Source: Mustelus asterias | Lineage: Eukaryota | Assembly: GCF_964213995.1 (NCBI RefSeq) | Contig: NC_135815.1 | Span: 78,616,001-78,680,000 of the forward strand | Reading direction: 5' to 3' | DNA length: 64,000 bases | Part shown: piece after piece, positions 63,951 through 64,000 of the stretch | How positions within the stretch are numbered: the stretch's first letter is position 1 | Layout of the letters: each line of letters starts with the position of its first letter | Made by a program: the position numbers and the translations under genes | The notes under the pieces: generated by a model | Told to the model about the DNA's origin: nothing | Database searches by the model: none | Seen by the model: the letters and a program-made list of their open reading frames with translations, nothing else

Positions 63951-64000
63951 GAGGATAAATATTCGACAGCTCATTCCCTACTCGCCCCCCTCTTTTCCTC

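Overview
Eukaryotic, repeat-dense vertebrate DNA, very likely a shark or other elasmobranch (HE1/V-SINEs, Deu-domain SINEs, CR1, Penelope, Rex1, RTE, Tx1 and Harbinger relics). Two host genes are split across the window on the minus strand. The first is the last two coding exons of MORN2 (55365-55501, 51097-51199). The second is the first seven coding exons of ARHGEF33 (33873-33891 down to 316-445), which run into the RhoGEF/DH domain and continue off the left edge. All exons were read by hand, have GT-AG ends and join in phase. Most ORF-track entries are transposon debris or chance ORFs. The standout is a ~332-bp retroposed element at 15842-16173 in an ARHGEF33 intron. It starts with U2 snRNA nt 1-39, then carries a second copy of U2 stem-loop I, a series of hairpins, an Sm-like U-tract and a short A tail, all inside a 17-bp target-site duplication. 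It is a candidate U2-snRNA-headed SINE or retrocopy of a U2-like structured RNA. Penelope copies with inverted termini and hammerhead-ribozyme-like cores are also present. Repeat boundaries are approximate unless a TSD is quoted, and family and orthology calls come from recalled sequence knowledge, not database searches.
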